Source: Felis catus
Lineage: Eukaryota
Assembly: GCF_018350175.1 (NCBI RefSeq)
Contig: NC_058368.1
Span: 222,520,001-222,584,000, forward strand
Reading direction: 5' to 3'
Length of the DNA: 64,000 nt
Shown piece after piece: positions 35,693 through 49,545 of this stretch. A model generated the notes under the pieces. It saw only the letters and a list, made by a program, of their open reading frames with translations, made no database searches and had not been told where the DNA came from. Both the position numbers and the translations under genes were made by a program. Position 1 is the stretch's first letter. Every line of letters begins with the position of its first letter.

Positions 35693-36970
35693 ATTTTCCT
35701 CTGAATCTAACAAAGGTAAAGTTGTGATACATTGCATCTGGCAAAATGAGATTAGGTGTGTGAAAGATTTATAAGAAAAAACACTTTGCAAGATGATGGT
35801 AGGAAGCTGGAATATGCAGGGAAGGTCTTCAGCCATTATACACTCCTGACCCTGGGTAAAGAAAGGAGGAGGGAGGGAGGTTGTGGTAAAATGAGTCACA
35901 GACAGCACAATTTATACCATATTTTGGCCAGGACAACAGAAAGTTCTGAGACCTTTCTGTCTCAGAAATGCACCTTCTCATGCTGAACTAGAATAAACCT
36001 GCAGTAACACCTTGCTGTGCCCAGTCATGAACCAGGAACATGTGGGACAATGTGGCTTCAGATCATTTGTAGTGGGGGATTCGAGAACTCATCTAGAGCC
36101 ATCCGTCAACTGTGTTCCACTACCAAGGAAGATCTGCATGGCACATTTTCATGGAAGCTGTAAGCCTCAACTTCCCACTTTATGCTGAAGTAAATTTAAT
36201 TTAGAATGAAGACCAGAAGTCCACCCAGTTTTGATTAACCAATCATAAGAAAATCATGTATATAACATTCAAGTTACATTTGGTAGGGTAAATAGTCTTA
36301 GAAGAGAAGTGATTGATTCAGAAGTATTCCTTAATAACATGTAAAATACATTAACTAAAGATGCCAACTACAGGAAGTATATTGACACACAGTCACTAGT
36401 TGGTGAGTTGGTTAAGGTGATAGAGTATCTCTTCCTAAATTCAGCATATAATATTTAGATAATATTTTTTAATATCTGATGCAGTTAAATGATATCATTT
36501 AACTGATTTATTTACATTTTCAATTATCGATGAGTTCACAAACTCCAAGTTAAAACTGAAAACTTCTTAGACTATCTTCTCACTTGTTGCAAGAATTACA
36601 TTTCTGATGGTTTCTTTTCAGCCTCTGCTTGCTCTGTCCCAGAAAACAAGGTCCCTGTAACTTATGAGACATTATTTTATTATTAGATATTTGATTGTTA
36701 AAGTACCTGTCATTGTATTGAGCTAAATAATTTCTCATTTTATTTTCTATCTGTTTTTTCCCTCCAAATTTTGAAAAACAAAAGCAAAATAAGTCTATTC
36801 CATTTATTTGTCTTCAACAAAATCCCTCTAAGCAGTAAAAGACAGGGTACCTTACACATCCTCTCTTCAAACATAACATCCCACTCCTTCCATGTTTCCT
36901 TTTTTTAAAATGGTTTCCAGACACTGCAGTCTCCTGAAAATTATTTTCTTTTGAAGATTACAATCTTCCA

Positions 36971-37180
36971 GGGGCGCCTAGGTGGCTCAGTTGGTTGAGC
37001 ATCCAACTCTTGATTTGAACTCAGGTCATGAACTCAGGGTTATGAGATAGAGCCCCCCTTTGGTCTCTGCACTGACAATATAGAGCCTGTGTGGGATTTT
37101 CTCTCTCCTATTTCTCTGCCCCTCCTGTCACACTCTCTCCGTCTCACACAGTAATAAATAAACTTTAAAAAAATTAATAA
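36971..37180 (+). mobile_element. Can-SINE
   Basis: GGGGCGCCTAGGTGGCTCAGTTGGTTGAGC head. Confidence 0.95.
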
Positions 37181-37504
37181 AGCCATCTAGTCAGATTTGT
37201 GCTTGTCTAATTCTGAACCCCACACTGTAGCTTTACAATTACCGTCTTGGATTTCCATCAAGATGTTTTCATTTAAAAGCCCCTAAAGTGGGCTTCTCCA
37301 GCTGAAATTTTTATGTCTTTTTGTGTTTTTCTTTTCTTTTTAAATCTCAAGTGCCAAGCTTTCTGTAAGTCCTTAATCAAGTTCATTAAAAATATATTAT
37401 TGTAAATTCCTGATTTAGAATCCTACTTTCATCATTTAATGTATTATCTATGTTTTTTAGTAAGGATCTCTATATATTTCTAAGCCAAATGTTCTATTGT
37501 GTCA

Positions 37505-38100
37505 TGCGTATCAGTTAGGAGGGGATAAACTACACTGTAGTAATAAATACTCCCAAACATAAAAATTTCAATGTTTAATATAGGTCAGGAAGGGAGACTT
37601 AGAGTCACTTATGGAAATAGCTTATGGAATTTCCATAAGTGATTCGTATGACTCATATGAAGAGAGCTCATGAGAGCCTTTTTAGGAACCTTGCATAAAT
37701 CCCTTCTGCTGAAATGCTATTGGTCAAAAACAAGTGATACAGTCTCATCTAAATTTAAGCAGGGTGGGATACTGTCATCTTATCATTTTGAAAGAATGAA
37801 AAAAAGAGAATGGGGTGCCTGGATGGCTTAGTCAGTTAAGCGTCTGGCTTCAGCTCAGGTCATGATCTCAGAGTTCACAAGTTCGAGCCCCGCATTGGAC
37901 TTTGTGCTGACAGCTCAGAGCCTGGAGCCTACTTCAGATTCAGTGTCTCCCTCTCTCTCTGACTCTCCCCTGCTCATGCTCTCTTCCTCTCTCTCTCTCT
38001 ATCTCAAAAATAAACACTAAACATTTAATAAACAATACAAATTTTAAGAAAAGAGTTAAGACAAAAATATTTATGAGCAGCCCTAATATTTTCATAATTG
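37505..38100 (-). mobile_element. Old MLT1 (L-like) LTR split by a SINE
   Basis: tatcagttagga..ctgtagtaataaatactccca..attggtcaaaaacaagt..aaatatttatgagcagccctaat. Confidence 0.55.
37812..38045 (+). mobile_element. Can-SINE
   Basis: Full head, body and tail. Confidence 0.96.
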
Positions 38101-38414
38101 ATAAAATTCTCATTCAGCAGAGTATCAATTATAGAACCCAGAATCATATTACTTTTCCTTTTAAAAAAAATTAACCATTCTAGGTATATTTAGTCAACCA
38201 ACTACAAAACACCTAATACTTGTACCTGGTTTGATTTTTCCTATTTTGTACGTTAAAATCAGACTTTGCCAAAGGTTAAGACAAAATCTATAAACCCAAA
38301 GACCATAGCATTTAATTATTTAAAAGAAAGTAGTCATGAGGTTTAGGGAATATATTAAATGCTGTCTTCAAATGACCTCCAGGTACCTTCCAAAGTTTTC
38401 AAAATCCTAATTTT

Positions 38415-38605
38415 TTAGTGGCTTTACTATTCATTATCACTGTGACTTTAGGTTAATTAGTCAATCTCTCTGTTCCTCAGCTTCTTTGACTATACAATGG
38501 GAAAGCTAAAAATCCTCTTACATGACCAACCTGAGGGTTAAATTAGGTAATGCCTGTAACTCCTTAAGAAATGCTTGAACATGTTAGCTAAGACTCCATG
38601 AAAAT
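38415..38605 (+). mobile_element. MIR
   Basis: ctgtgactttagg..tctctctgttcctcagcttc..tatacaatggg..gagggttaaattaggtaatgc. Confidence 0.7.
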
Positions 38606-38740
38606 GGGATCCTATCACATGATTTTTCAAACACTGTTAGCCAAAGTGGTCAGTAGACAGAACTTCAGATTAATACATACAAATGATTGAAAAATTTCAC
38701 AGTGATAATTTCCAGACGACAATTTTACTAAAAATGTTTA

Positions 38741-38947
38741 TTTAATTTTTTTTAATGTTTGTTTATTTTTGAGAGAGAGAGAGAGACACAGAGCACCAAC
38801 AGGGGAGGGGCAGAGAGAGATGAAGACACAGAATCCAAAGCAGGCTCCAGGCTCTGAGCTGTCAGCACAGGATCAAACTCGGGATCAGCGAGATCGAGAC
38901 CTGAGCTGAAGTCCGACGTTTAACTGACTGAGCCCCCCAGGCGCCCC
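38741..38947 (-). mobile_element. Can-SINE
   Basis: Ends in caggcgcccc; TSD ~tactaaaaatgttta/tgctgaaaatcttta. Confidence 0.95.
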
Positions 38948-39069
38948 TGTGCTGAAAATCTTTAAATAAAGAGAGAAATTCTATGTCCAACAATGAATTT
39001 TACACTTTTGTTCATCCACATGTCATATAACAGAATATCATGAAGGGAACACAACACATACACACACAT

Positions 39070-39286
39070 CTACTTAAATATTTAAACATTTAATTTAAAT
39101 TAAATATATATATATAATATATATTTAATCTATACACATGCATATATAACTATAAATTATATATTTAAAATTATATATATTTAAATGTATACATATGTAT
39201 ATATAAGCATATATTTTAAATTATATATTTAAAATTATAAAGTGGATATATATACCAAGTTTGTGTGTGTGTGTGTGTGTGTATAG

Positions 39287-39330
<44 letters not shown>
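39070..39330. repeat. AT-rich tract plus (TG)n and (TA)n
   Basis: Direct reading. Confidence 0.9.
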
Positions 39331-39331
<1 letters not shown>

Positions 39332-39699
39332 CATGATTAGGTGCTATCATTTTGTATTTTACAGAATCTGTTTATTATAAGCACATATTTTATATGTATG
39401 TAAGCTATCAAAATACAAAATATTTCTTCTATGTAAAAAAGTAAACTAAAACTTCAGCATTCTCTTCCTTACTTATGCATTCCTTTTTCAGTCAAATCCT
39501 TCCAGATGCCATCATGGTTTTCAGAACTTTAAATGCTGGCTAAATACTCAAATAGTTCAAAGCTTTAGTCTTTTTATTCCCCAAGTAGCAAGACAGTCAT
39601 AGTAGTCGGTCAGTCTGCACTCTCCACCAATAGGGGGCTGACTACATTGTCCAAGCTATCTGACCAAAAAACAAAAACAAAGACACATTTGTATTTAAA

Positions 39700-40350
39700 A
39701 GCAAGATGGAGTTTACATCCAACCCACATCAGCAAAGTATGGTGGTCAACAGCGCAGCAATTATAGAGCAAAAACACCAAACCCAGAGATTCCACCTCTT
39801 TGTATCATGTTGTTATCCCACTCTCTTAGATGTTACTACCTGATCCAAAAATTTCTGTACACTTAAGCTCCTACATCACATCTGCATCCAAGAGAAATTA
39901 GGAAGGGCAAAATAAGGGCACAGTAGCTCCCTTATAAAGAAAATTCCTAGAAGGGAACCTGGGTGGCTAAGTTGGTTAAGCATCCCAACTCTTGGTATTG
40001 GCTCAGGTCAAGATTTCATGATTTGTGAGTTCAAGCCCCACACTGGGCTCTAAGCTGACGGCAAGGAGTCTGCTTGGGATACTCTGTCTCCCTCTGTCTC
40101 TGCCCCTCCCCAATGTGCTCTCAAAATACATAAAATAAATATTTAATAAAATACTTCCTGGAAGTCACATATATCACTTTGATATCTTTACTCTGAACTT
40201 AATTACATGACTACGATTATCAGCAAGAGAAACATGGAAATTCAGTCTTCATTTTAAGTGGACACTTGTTGAGCTAAATATTGTGGAAGTTCTCACTAAA
40301 AAGTGGGGTGGGGGGAGAAGATGGTGAGAATTGCCAGCAATCTCTACAAC
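39700..40350 (-). mobile_element. Old MLT1J-like LTR split by a SINE
   Basis: catcacatctgcatcca..ttcctggaagtc..gaacttaattacatgac..gaaattcagtctt. Confidence 0.55.
39953..40150 (+). mobile_element. Can-SINE
   Basis: Head and body; TSD ~ttcctagaa/ttcctggaa. Confidence 0.94.
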
Positions 40351-40387
40351 GGGTATTTAGGGATGTACTCCAGAATAGAATAATGCA

Positions 40388-40388
<1 letters not shown>

Positions 40389-40434
<46 letters not shown>
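40389..40434. repeat. (TG)n microsatellite
   Basis: Direct reading. Confidence 0.97.
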
Positions 40435-40437
<3 letters not shown>

Positions 40438-40559
40438 ATAATAAAAAGGGACAATAAAAGGAAAATTCAAAAGGATTCTAGAGTAGAGGAAAAATGAAAG
40501 TCAGTATTCTGTGTCTAGAGACATGAGGCCGGTACTTGAAAATCTCATAGGAATTAAAA

Positions 40560-40680
40560 TCCTGAGCTTTCAAAATAGGAGATGTGGTTCTACTCTTGGG
40601 TTCTGACTAGATAGATGCATACTCTTAGGCACAAAAATTGAACGCTCTGTAACTGTGTTCTGATATATAAAATAGGTGTG
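40560..40680 (+). mobile_element. MIR fragment
   Basis: gagctttcaaaataggagatgtggttctactc..ctcttaggca..tataaaatagg. Confidence 0.5.
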
Positions 40681-43304
40681 TCAAACTCTGAAATGTTTGG
40701 AGGCAGTTGGAATTATGGTAATAGGTCATTGTTCTTGAGATCAAACAGATGCCTATTTGAGTCTCTGGCCATGAATAAATACTTCATTGCAAATGTTAAT
40801 AAGACGAAAACATGATGCTGATGTTGTGGAGAGGGATAATTATTCAATAATCCTGATTTCATGTCGAAATATTTTAAACTGCTATGTTGTTATAGCAATG
40901 ACATTATGAAAGCTGTAGATTATCGAGACTATTTATGGCTTTGTTTTATGGCATCAATATCCATTATGAAAATTTGACTTTCGATCACTGAACCCTAAGA
41001 GCCAATTATAATGTTTACTGACACTAAGGGAGTCAAAATCATGAGCAATTCATACAGGGGGACTGAAACCACGAAAGGTAGAAAACAGATGTTACAAAAA
41101 GGGCAGTGATTATCCAAAGGTTTCGAAAGGACTTATCTGGGATTTTCAAGCTTCATATGAACAGAGCACAGTTTTAGGATGATATTGAATATAGACTAGA
41201 AGTTTCCTTAGGAAGTTAGATAAGTCAAACCAATTCGTTTGTTCAATTGGCCCTAGACACATTCTGCTTTAGAGCATCTTGACTAGAAATAAAAGTGCTG
41301 AGACACTCTCAGTATGTTTAAGGTGAAATTGTCTAGATGTGTATTTTATGGACATGACCTTAGGATGAAAATGGCCTTTTGAGCACAGTTCTTTTGAAAC
41401 ACATTTTGTACTAAAGGGAATTATTACCATTTTGTTCCTTCTCATTGGCTATCTGTGCACAATAACATTTTGTTAATGATAGATCAAAGCTGAAACTGAT
41501 CTGATGAGAAGAACATCTCTTCATTGTTTCCATAGAAATCTACCCCACCAAATCCCTGAGAGAAGAAGAAAAAATGAGCCTCCAAGATTTAAGAAACCAT
41601 TGAACTTAAGAGCCAATATAATTTTTTTCTTCCAAATGGATTATTTTTCAATGCAAAGTATAGTTGAAAGCAGTGTCAGTTCAAGTTACCTTGAGCTGTT
41701 AGATATAACATTACAGAAAGTGTTGGGAAATAAAGCTATTAAATCTCATAGATGTAATATTTCAAAAAAATTTAAAGAAACATATGGTTTAAATCCTAAA
41801 CATATAGAGGAACTAACCTTAAAACATTTTTAAGTAAAAATGTGTTACTTTCATAATTAACATTTGTTAACTTCTAGACATAAAATAAGTCATTTCATTG
41901 TCTCGTCCATGGGAGTTTAATGCTTGAATTAGAACCATCAGATAGCCATTAGACCAGGTTGCCTGCAAAATTAAAAATGTGGGATATTAAACAGCAAAAG
42001 TCCAAAAGCTTTATATACAAAAGCATTTTTTTTCTCCACCCTATCTCAGAAATGGAATTTAATGAACTGCCCCTGAAATAAGGGGATCCTTGGCAGGTGA
42101 AGGGTATACTGTGCCTATGTGGGACAGATATTTCTTGAGAACACAAGGAAAGCCCTACCATAGCCTTTGGCTACTGTTCGAGGCTTTGTTTACAATCCTA
42201 TAAAATGTTAACACCATTTATTCCTCACTTTTATAATTAGACATTTCCTGCATAAACTGTAATAAAATCCAACCCACATCACAGCAAGTTTATGTTAAAG
42301 ACCAGGGGGAAGTACTACAATAATTGAACTGCCTCATATATGTGAAGAGACAGTCATGGAAGTATCAGACTCTAACGTGATGCTTTTCTTTATATAATAG
42401 AATCACTTGCATATTCTGGCTTCCAAATATGGCTATCAAACAATTATGCTTCTCAAAGCGCATTGCAAATTCTGTTAGAAGTCAGAAACCAATATCAACC
42501 TTATTATGCCTTTTTTTTTTTGCATTAACATTCTGGGTACATAACAGATTGGTATTGCATCTTAAATTGTTTTACTTCAATTAACTTTACAAAGTGTTGA
42601 TTATTTATCTGTATCTTTATGTATATACGTATGTATGTGTGTATAAATGGAGGTTTTCATTAAAAAGAATATGGCGGCTCGCTGAACAAGTTAGAAGTGC
42701 CTAGGGTTTTCATTAAGGAAAAGGAAACCAGGAGCAGGCTGAAACCCCACAGGCATGAGCTGAACTTATTTTTCACAGGCAGGATGGGAAGATCCAGAAA
42801 ACAGCCAGTTGCTATTTTGGTGTTTGTCCCTCAGGGAAGGCCTAAGACTTCTTTCAAAGTCCTTCCAACTTATTAATTCAAGCCAACCCATAAGAAGCTC
42901 TCTTTTATTTAATGTAAAGTAAACGGATTAGAGCTTTTATTCGTATCTGCAAAATCCTTTCACAGCTGCACCTAGGTTAGCATGTGACTGTATAACTGCA
43001 CGAAGGTGAATGTGTGATACAAAATGACCTCTTCTTGGCTTCTTTGATCTTTCAACTTTCACAAAAGAATATCCCTTCTCATTTATCCTGGCCAGAAACA
43101 AACTAGAAAGAAAATGCTGTAGTTCAACTTTATAAAGTGGATACATCAAAAATTGATCACAGTAATATCGAGGGGTGTAGCATTAATATATCAAATACTT
43201 TTCTATAAAAAGCAACAGGCACTTGGAAAATGGAAGATAAATGCTTATTAACAATAGGATATAAAATATGAAATACTTAGAAGTAACTTAAACGTAGGTT
43301 AAAG

Positions 43305-43528
43305 AGGGATACCTGGATGGGTCAATCTGTGGAGCATCCAACTCTTGGATTTTAGTGCAAGTCATGAGCTCAGTTTTGTGAGTTTGAGCCCTGCATCAGG
43401 CTCTGTGCTGATGGTAGAGAGACTGCTTGGGATTCTGAATCTCCCTCTCTTTCTGCCCTTCCCTCATTTGTGCTGTCTCTGTCTCTTTCAAAATAAATTA
43501 ACACACGCAAAAAAAAGCTAAATTTTAA
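43305..43528 (+). mobile_element. Can-SINE
   Basis: Diverged head; TSD gtaggttaaag/gtatgttaaag. Confidence 0.92.
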
Positions 43529-44136
43529 GTATGTTAAAGTACACTGAACACTGAAAACTACAAATCATTGCTGACAAAATGGAAAAGGACCAAAATTAAT
43601 TTGTCCATGGATTGGGAGATTCAGACTGTTAGATGCCACTTTTTCCTAAATTTGTCTATACATTCAAAATATTTATAATAAAAATCCCAAATTCTATTTA
43701 GTCAAAACTGAGAAGGTATTTCTAAACTGTTACAACAAGGAAAATAACTTAGAATAACCAATTTTTAAAAAAAGCAGAATAATGGTTTACACTGCTGGAT
43801 TTGAAGTCATAATTCAAAGCTACAATAATCTATTCTATATTATAGAAATCGGTGAAGACAAAGATTTTAGATTTTCAATACCTACATTGGAATAGGAACT
43901 TGCCAGACATACTACATAAGAACTCTTACCACTCAATGAAGAGAATGCAAGCAACCCAATAAAATGCCCAGAAATGTGTGGAAGCATTTCACAAAAGAAG
44001 ATAAGAATAATCTATATGAACATGAAAAATGCTCAATGTCATTAATTTTGGGGGAAATTCAAATAAAAACTACAGCGATATACCACTGCCCTATACATGT
44101 TCTGATTAAACTTTAAAAGCTGAGTATATCAAATCT

Positions 44137-44629
44137 TGTGTTCGTTTTCTGTTGCTGTAAAATAAAACAACAGACACTCTCAGTTTGCATGGGTCTGAAT
44201 TTTGAGTAAGGATTAGCTTGGTGCTCTGCTCCATCTTAAGGGGTGTCTGTCCTCATGTAGAACTCAGGGTCCTTTTCTGAGCTTACATGCTGCAGCAGAA
44301 TTTGTCTCTGAGGTCTCCCATTTCCATGGTGCCTATACACTGGGATTGCTCTCAGGTCCTGTAAGCCACCCACGTTTCTTGCCACTTCATCTTCCAATCC
44401 AACAATGAAGAATCTCCCTTGGATCAAATCCCTCTCACGTTAATTAGTTCACCTGATTAGATGATGCCCAGTCAATATAAGTCATCTTCTTTAGAGTCAA
44501 AACTATACCATTTAACGTAACCTAATCACTGGAGTGAAATAAACCATGTTCACAGCCCAAGGGATTATGTAGTGGTTGCACACAGTGAGTGGGAATCTTG
44601 AGGGAAATCTCAGAATTTTGTTAACCACA
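44137..44629 (-). mobile_element. MLT1E/F-like solo LTR
   Basis: tgtgtt.gttttctgttgctgtaa at the left end; gggaatcttgaggg..cagaatt..accaca at the right end. Confidence 0.75.
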
Positions 44630-45003
44630 TACTATTGGCCAAATGTTTGGGTCCCCCCCCCCTCCACCACCACCAAATTTATATGTTGAAACTCTAATTC
44701 CACTGTTATGGTATTTGGAGACGGGGCCTTTGGAAGGTAGTTAGGTAATGAGGGTAAAGCTCTCATGATGAGATTGGTGCCCTTAAAAGAACAGATAAAA
44801 AAGAGTTTGCTTCCTTTCTTTGCTCTTCACCATGTGAGCACATGAGAAGAAGCTGTGTGCAAACCAGGAAGAAGGTCCTCATCTGACATGCAGTCTGCCA
44901 GTGCCTTGATCTTGGATTTCTCAGGCTCCAGAACTGTGAGCAATAAATGTTTGTTGTTTAACTCTATGGTAATCTGTTACAGTGACCTGAGCTAACTACG
45001 ACA
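44630..45003 (+). mobile_element. MLT1A0-like solo LTR
   Basis: caaatttatatgttgaaac..ggggcctttggaagg..caaaccaggaaga..ccagaactgtgagcaataaatgtttgttgttta..gaca. Confidence 0.88.
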
Positions 45004-46960
45004 CTGCAGATAATAAGGATGAGAAGCCACTGAATCACTAATATGCTGCTGGTGAGAAAACTACAAGATTACAATTACTTGGTTAGATAAGTTGACAGTG
45101 TCTTCTATCATTGACCGTGCATCAATACGTATTTGCCCTAAAGAGAAAAAGGAATATGTTCACACAAAGTTTTATAGATGTATATTTACAGAGCTTTATC
45201 CACAAATGCCTTCAAACTGGAAATAAGTCAAATATCTGTAAACAGATGAGTGGATACAGCAAATGTTGAATAGCTCTGTAATGGAATACTATTCAGGAAG
45301 AAAAAATTTAATGAAGCCCTAATACACACAATAATATGTATGATCTCCAAAAGCATTATGTTGAGGGAATGTTTTATTTCATTTCATGGAATGTTGAAGA
45401 ACACAAAATAGCTTCGATAGAAAGTAGATTCTGAGGCTGAGATAGGGAAGAGTTTCCCCAAATAGGCATGATGAAATTTTGTTATGAGTGGAAATGTTAT
45501 CTAACTTTATGGCTTTTTGTGGATGCTTGAGTTTAAGCATTCATAAACACACTGTGTAGATAAAATGGGTGCAGTTTATCAATAAAGTTGATAAAAATAA
45601 ATTAGGTACAATAGAAGTACTTCTTAACAATATAAAATTTTCTAGTTTCCAATTGTTTTAATAAGGCCTATTCTTAATTTTGACCAAATATTGATTATGA
45701 ATATTCATCTGATATCTTAAATGGATTTAAGAAGAGAAGTCTCCCTCCTGAGATTCAATATCCTTCTTTGTTTCCCCCTCCTTTTATAACTACTTTATTT
45801 TCAGTTAAGATTCACCAACTTCAAGAAAAGTTACCTTACATTGAAAGTTTCATTACATTCATATATTAAAAAATATATATATTTTAACAATTTTTTAAAT
45901 CTTATATATTAAAAAGTTAACAAGTACTTCATTTGGAAGCAAAAGAAGTATCTTATTTTTTCCAAGTTTCTACTTTTAATCATTTTCCAAGATTTATATT
46001 TGCAGATTTAGTTTTTGTGATGTAACAAAATTATTCTTTCCTGAATACTCTTCTGTTCTTATCTATTTTTTGAAAATAGACTTAAAAGTTGTATAATTTT
46101 ATTTGCATCATTTTCTTTTAAATGTAATAAATTACTAATATAGTTTCCCTATTTGTAAGTACTTATTTCAATTCTATATGCAAAGAAATGTACTAAATCT
46201 GTAGCAATCTTCATCCTAGACTTAACAGATCATGTAATATACAGAATAGTTACAAAGATTAATAATAAATTATAACCCAAGGCAATAATGTCAAACCACG
46301 TGCTAGAGGTACAAATAATTTATGTAGAAAGGACATAGGGATGTGCTGATATTAATTATAAATGGAGAAATATTTTTTAATCCTTCCAGAAAGTGAATCC
46401 AATCAAATTTGAGCACTAAGTATTAATTTATTTAGTCTAGGGTACAGCAAGAAAATCAATGATGAAAAAACAACTACCTCAAGAAATGAAAAGAGTTATT
46501 ACATTAGATGAAATCCAAAGTCAGGACTCATCTGTTTATTATATATTTATTATCTTCAGTTTGTACATTTTTGACTTAAATTCTGAAAAACTTAAATATA
46601 ATTCTTGTAGAGGCCAACATAAATTACAAAATCAGACTATTCAGTGTGAAAGGAGACAGACTCTACTGCTTTATGATACGAACATGGATTTACAGGAAGG
46701 AGTGGAATGGTTGCTACCCAAACACGCAGGCAACACATCACCAATGTCTTAATTCTCCATTATTCTGGCATATAGAACATTCCTCAACTTCTCTAAAAAT
46801 TAAAGTGTTTTATTCATTGCTTATATTTTTATTTTTCATCCATTCGAGTCATCATTGATTAGTAGAATATGAAGTAATATATTGTTTTAAATTATGTTTC
46901 AGTTCTGCCTCCCTCTTTTTGCTATTCTTTTAATTCACTTTAAAAAATAATTTGCTTTCT

Positions 46961-47175
46961 GGGCACCTGGGTGGCTCAGTCAATTAAGCATCTGACTTCG
47001 GCTCAGGTCATGATCTCAGGGTGCATGAATTCAGTTCATGGGTTCGGCCCCATGTAGGACTCTGTGCTGACTGCTCAGAGCCTAGAGTCTGCTTTGGATT
47101 CTGTGTGTGTCTCTCTCTCTGCCCCTCCCCCACTCATGCTCCTTCTCTTTCACAAATAAATAAGAATTTAAAAAA
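46961..47175 (+). mobile_element. Can-SINE
   Basis: Head, body and tail; small catg..ttc duplication. Confidence 0.95.
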
Positions 47176-47349
47176 TAATAATCTGTGTTGTTACAAAAAC
47201 ATCTTAGCAATCTTCTTTTGCTCTAGTATCGTCATCCCTTTGATATGCTCTTCCCCATTGCTTAAGAATTGCTTCCTGAAACAAAAATGTTATTAATTAA
47301 TTAACATTATATTTTATAATCTTTCTTGACCTAAGTTTAAACTTTTATA

Positions 47350-47812
47350 TATCACAAAGAGTCTTTATAAATCTAGTTCCAAATGGCTTACCCACCTTTA
47401 CTTTCCACCAGGAAATCCTTTTAACACTCTATGTGTCAGCTGCAAAATACAACTTTCTGTTTCCTGTGTATCAAAACCTACCTGACTCCTTGACAGTTTA
47501 TCAACTGTAGAATCTTCTTAAAAACCCATCACTTCTCCTTACAACTTGTTGACTCTTTAAATCCTGGCTCAATTTTGCTGAGTCAGGGATAGTTATTTCC
47601 TACTGTCCAGATCCAAACACACTTAAACAAATGTCTTCTCTGCTTACATGTCGCCATGGATAGTCCATTTTCAATACATTTAGCATGCTGTACAGTGGTT
47701 TTTAATTTATCTTTCTTTGTCCACACAGAATTTGAGCTTCATAAGGTCAACACCAACGAGTACCTAGCAATCTACCTTTCATAGGAGGCATTTAATCAAT
47801 GTTTATTGGCTA
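47350..47812 (+). mobile_element. L2 3' region
   Basis: ..tgagcttcataagg..tacctagca..cataggaggcatttaatcaatgtttattg end. Confidence 0.6.
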
Positions 47813-48460
47813 AGGAGTTTGGGACGAGTAGTCCATAATGCACTTAAGAACGTATTTTATATTGAATATGCGTTTTTATATTAGTCATGATTCTTTGTCT
47901 GTTATTCAAAACATACTAGTCATGTATAAAGTCTACGCACTAGATAAAGCAATTCCACTGAAATCTTGCTTATAGACTGACAGAATATTAACGTGATGCT
48001 TTTATTAGAAGTTTCATTTATTTTGCAAACTAGCTGAATATAAATATTCTCATAGAATTTTAACTCCACAAGCTGGTGACAGTACCTTAGGAGTATCCCT
48101 ATTGTGTAAATTCTGTATCTTGATAGAATAATAGAATCGTTTTTTCCCAAGATTTTGTTTTTGTTTTTTAAGCAGTTACTGAGCTCACTGGACTGCAAAA
48201 TGCAATAAATGTCTTCATTTCACTGCCAAGCTATTCAGCTGTGCAAGAGTGGGAAGAGCGGGGTGCTCATTTCTTGATAGCCCAACGGGTTTGTCAAGAA
48301 GTGGAAAGTACAGCCAAATTTGCGTGACAAAATAAAACATGTTTAGTTAGCACCGATCTGTTGCTAGAGAAAAAAAAGTGTTTTCACAAATATTTATGTT
48401 TTAACAAGTCTTGCAAGGAAGAGTAGCATATTTCCAGAAAAAATAAATAAATAACCCACA

Positions 48461-48668
48461 GGGGCCCCTGGGTAGTTCAGCTGGTTAAGTATCAACTCTT
48501 GATTTCAGCTCAGGTCATGATCTTATGGTTTGTGATATCAGCCCTGATTTGGGCTATTTGATGACAGGATGAAGCCTTCTTGGGATTGGGATTCTTCCCC
48601 TCCCCTGCTCATGGGCATGGGGGTGCGCTAGCTCTCTCTCAAAATATATAAATAAAACTTTTTAAAAA
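48461..48668 (+). mobile_element. Can-SINE
   Basis: Head and tail; short TSD cccaca. Confidence 0.92.
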
Positions 48669-49054
48669 GCCCACAAAGTTTTTAATATCTTCTGTCCACT
48701 TGTCTTCTATTTTATCTCTAAAGCAAGTCTCCATTACAGGCTATTTGTGCTCCGGAGTGGATCTTTCTTTGGTTGGGCTGCAAGGATGGGAATTGACCCG
48801 TGGCCCTTGGTAGAGGAAGAACAGTAAGAGATACTATGCATTTTAAGAAAATGAAACATCACAAGATTGGAAAACTTGGCAAATCATTACATGAGAAATC
48901 AATGAAAATAATTAGTCAAGATGGGTGAAAAACAGAGTATTGAGGAAATGGGAAAGAAACCATGGAATCCAATCAAATTTAGAGATTTGGAAGAGGCTCT
49001 GGAGACACAGCTGAGAGGAATTGCCTGAACTGCTTTAAAATTGCACAAGTGTCT

Positions 49055-49145
49055 GGGTGCCGGGGTGGCTCAGTCTGGGTAAGCATCCCACTCAGTCAGT
49101 TAAGCATCCCACTTTTGATTTCAGCTCAGGTCATGACCTCCCAGT

Positions 49146-49178
<33 letters not shown>

Positions 49179-49545
49179 TAATTTTTTGTAACGTTTATTT
49201 ATTTTTGAGAGAGCGAGCCACAGTGTGTGAGTGGCGGAGGGGCAGAGAGAGGGAGACACAGAATCTGAAGCAGGCTCCAGGCTCTGAGCTGTCAGCACAG
49301 AGCCTGATGAGGGGTTTGAACTCACGAACCACAGATCATGACCTGAGCCAAAGTCATTGAACACTTAACCGACTGAGCCACCCAGGCGCCGTAGGATCTC
49401 CCAGTTTTGAGATCAATCCCCGATTGGGTCTCTGTGCTGACAGCACAGAGCCTGCTTGGGATTCTCTCTCTCTCCCTCTCTTCTTCCCCCACTCATGCTC
49501 CCTCTTTCTCTCTCTCAAAATAAATAAATAACATAAAAAAAAAAA
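49055..49545 (+). mobile_element. Can-SINE (outer element of a nested pair)
   Basis: Head 49055-49147, body resumes at 49408; TSD aaaattgcacaagtg/aagattgcccaggtg. Confidence 0.93.
49148..49391 (-). mobile_element. Can-SINE nested antisense in another SINE, with a (GTT)n tail
   Basis: TSD gacctcccagttt (49135-49147) / gatctcccagttt (49395-49407). Confidence 0.96.

Larger units (their letters stand above)
43090..45600 (+). mobile_element. Old L1M (ME/MC-like) ORF2 3' part and 3'UTR, fragmented by three later insertions
   Basis: acactgaaaactacaaa..catggattgggaga..catttcacaaaagaagata..[LTRs]..tggaatactattcag..tcaataaagttg. Confidence 0.8.

Noticed and set aside
41504..41833. 109-aa ORF
   Set aside because: AT-rich, no recognisable homology or exon signals
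49131..49364. ORF ending in poly-Q (and poly-V on the other strand)
   Set aside because: SINE body plus its (GTT)n tail
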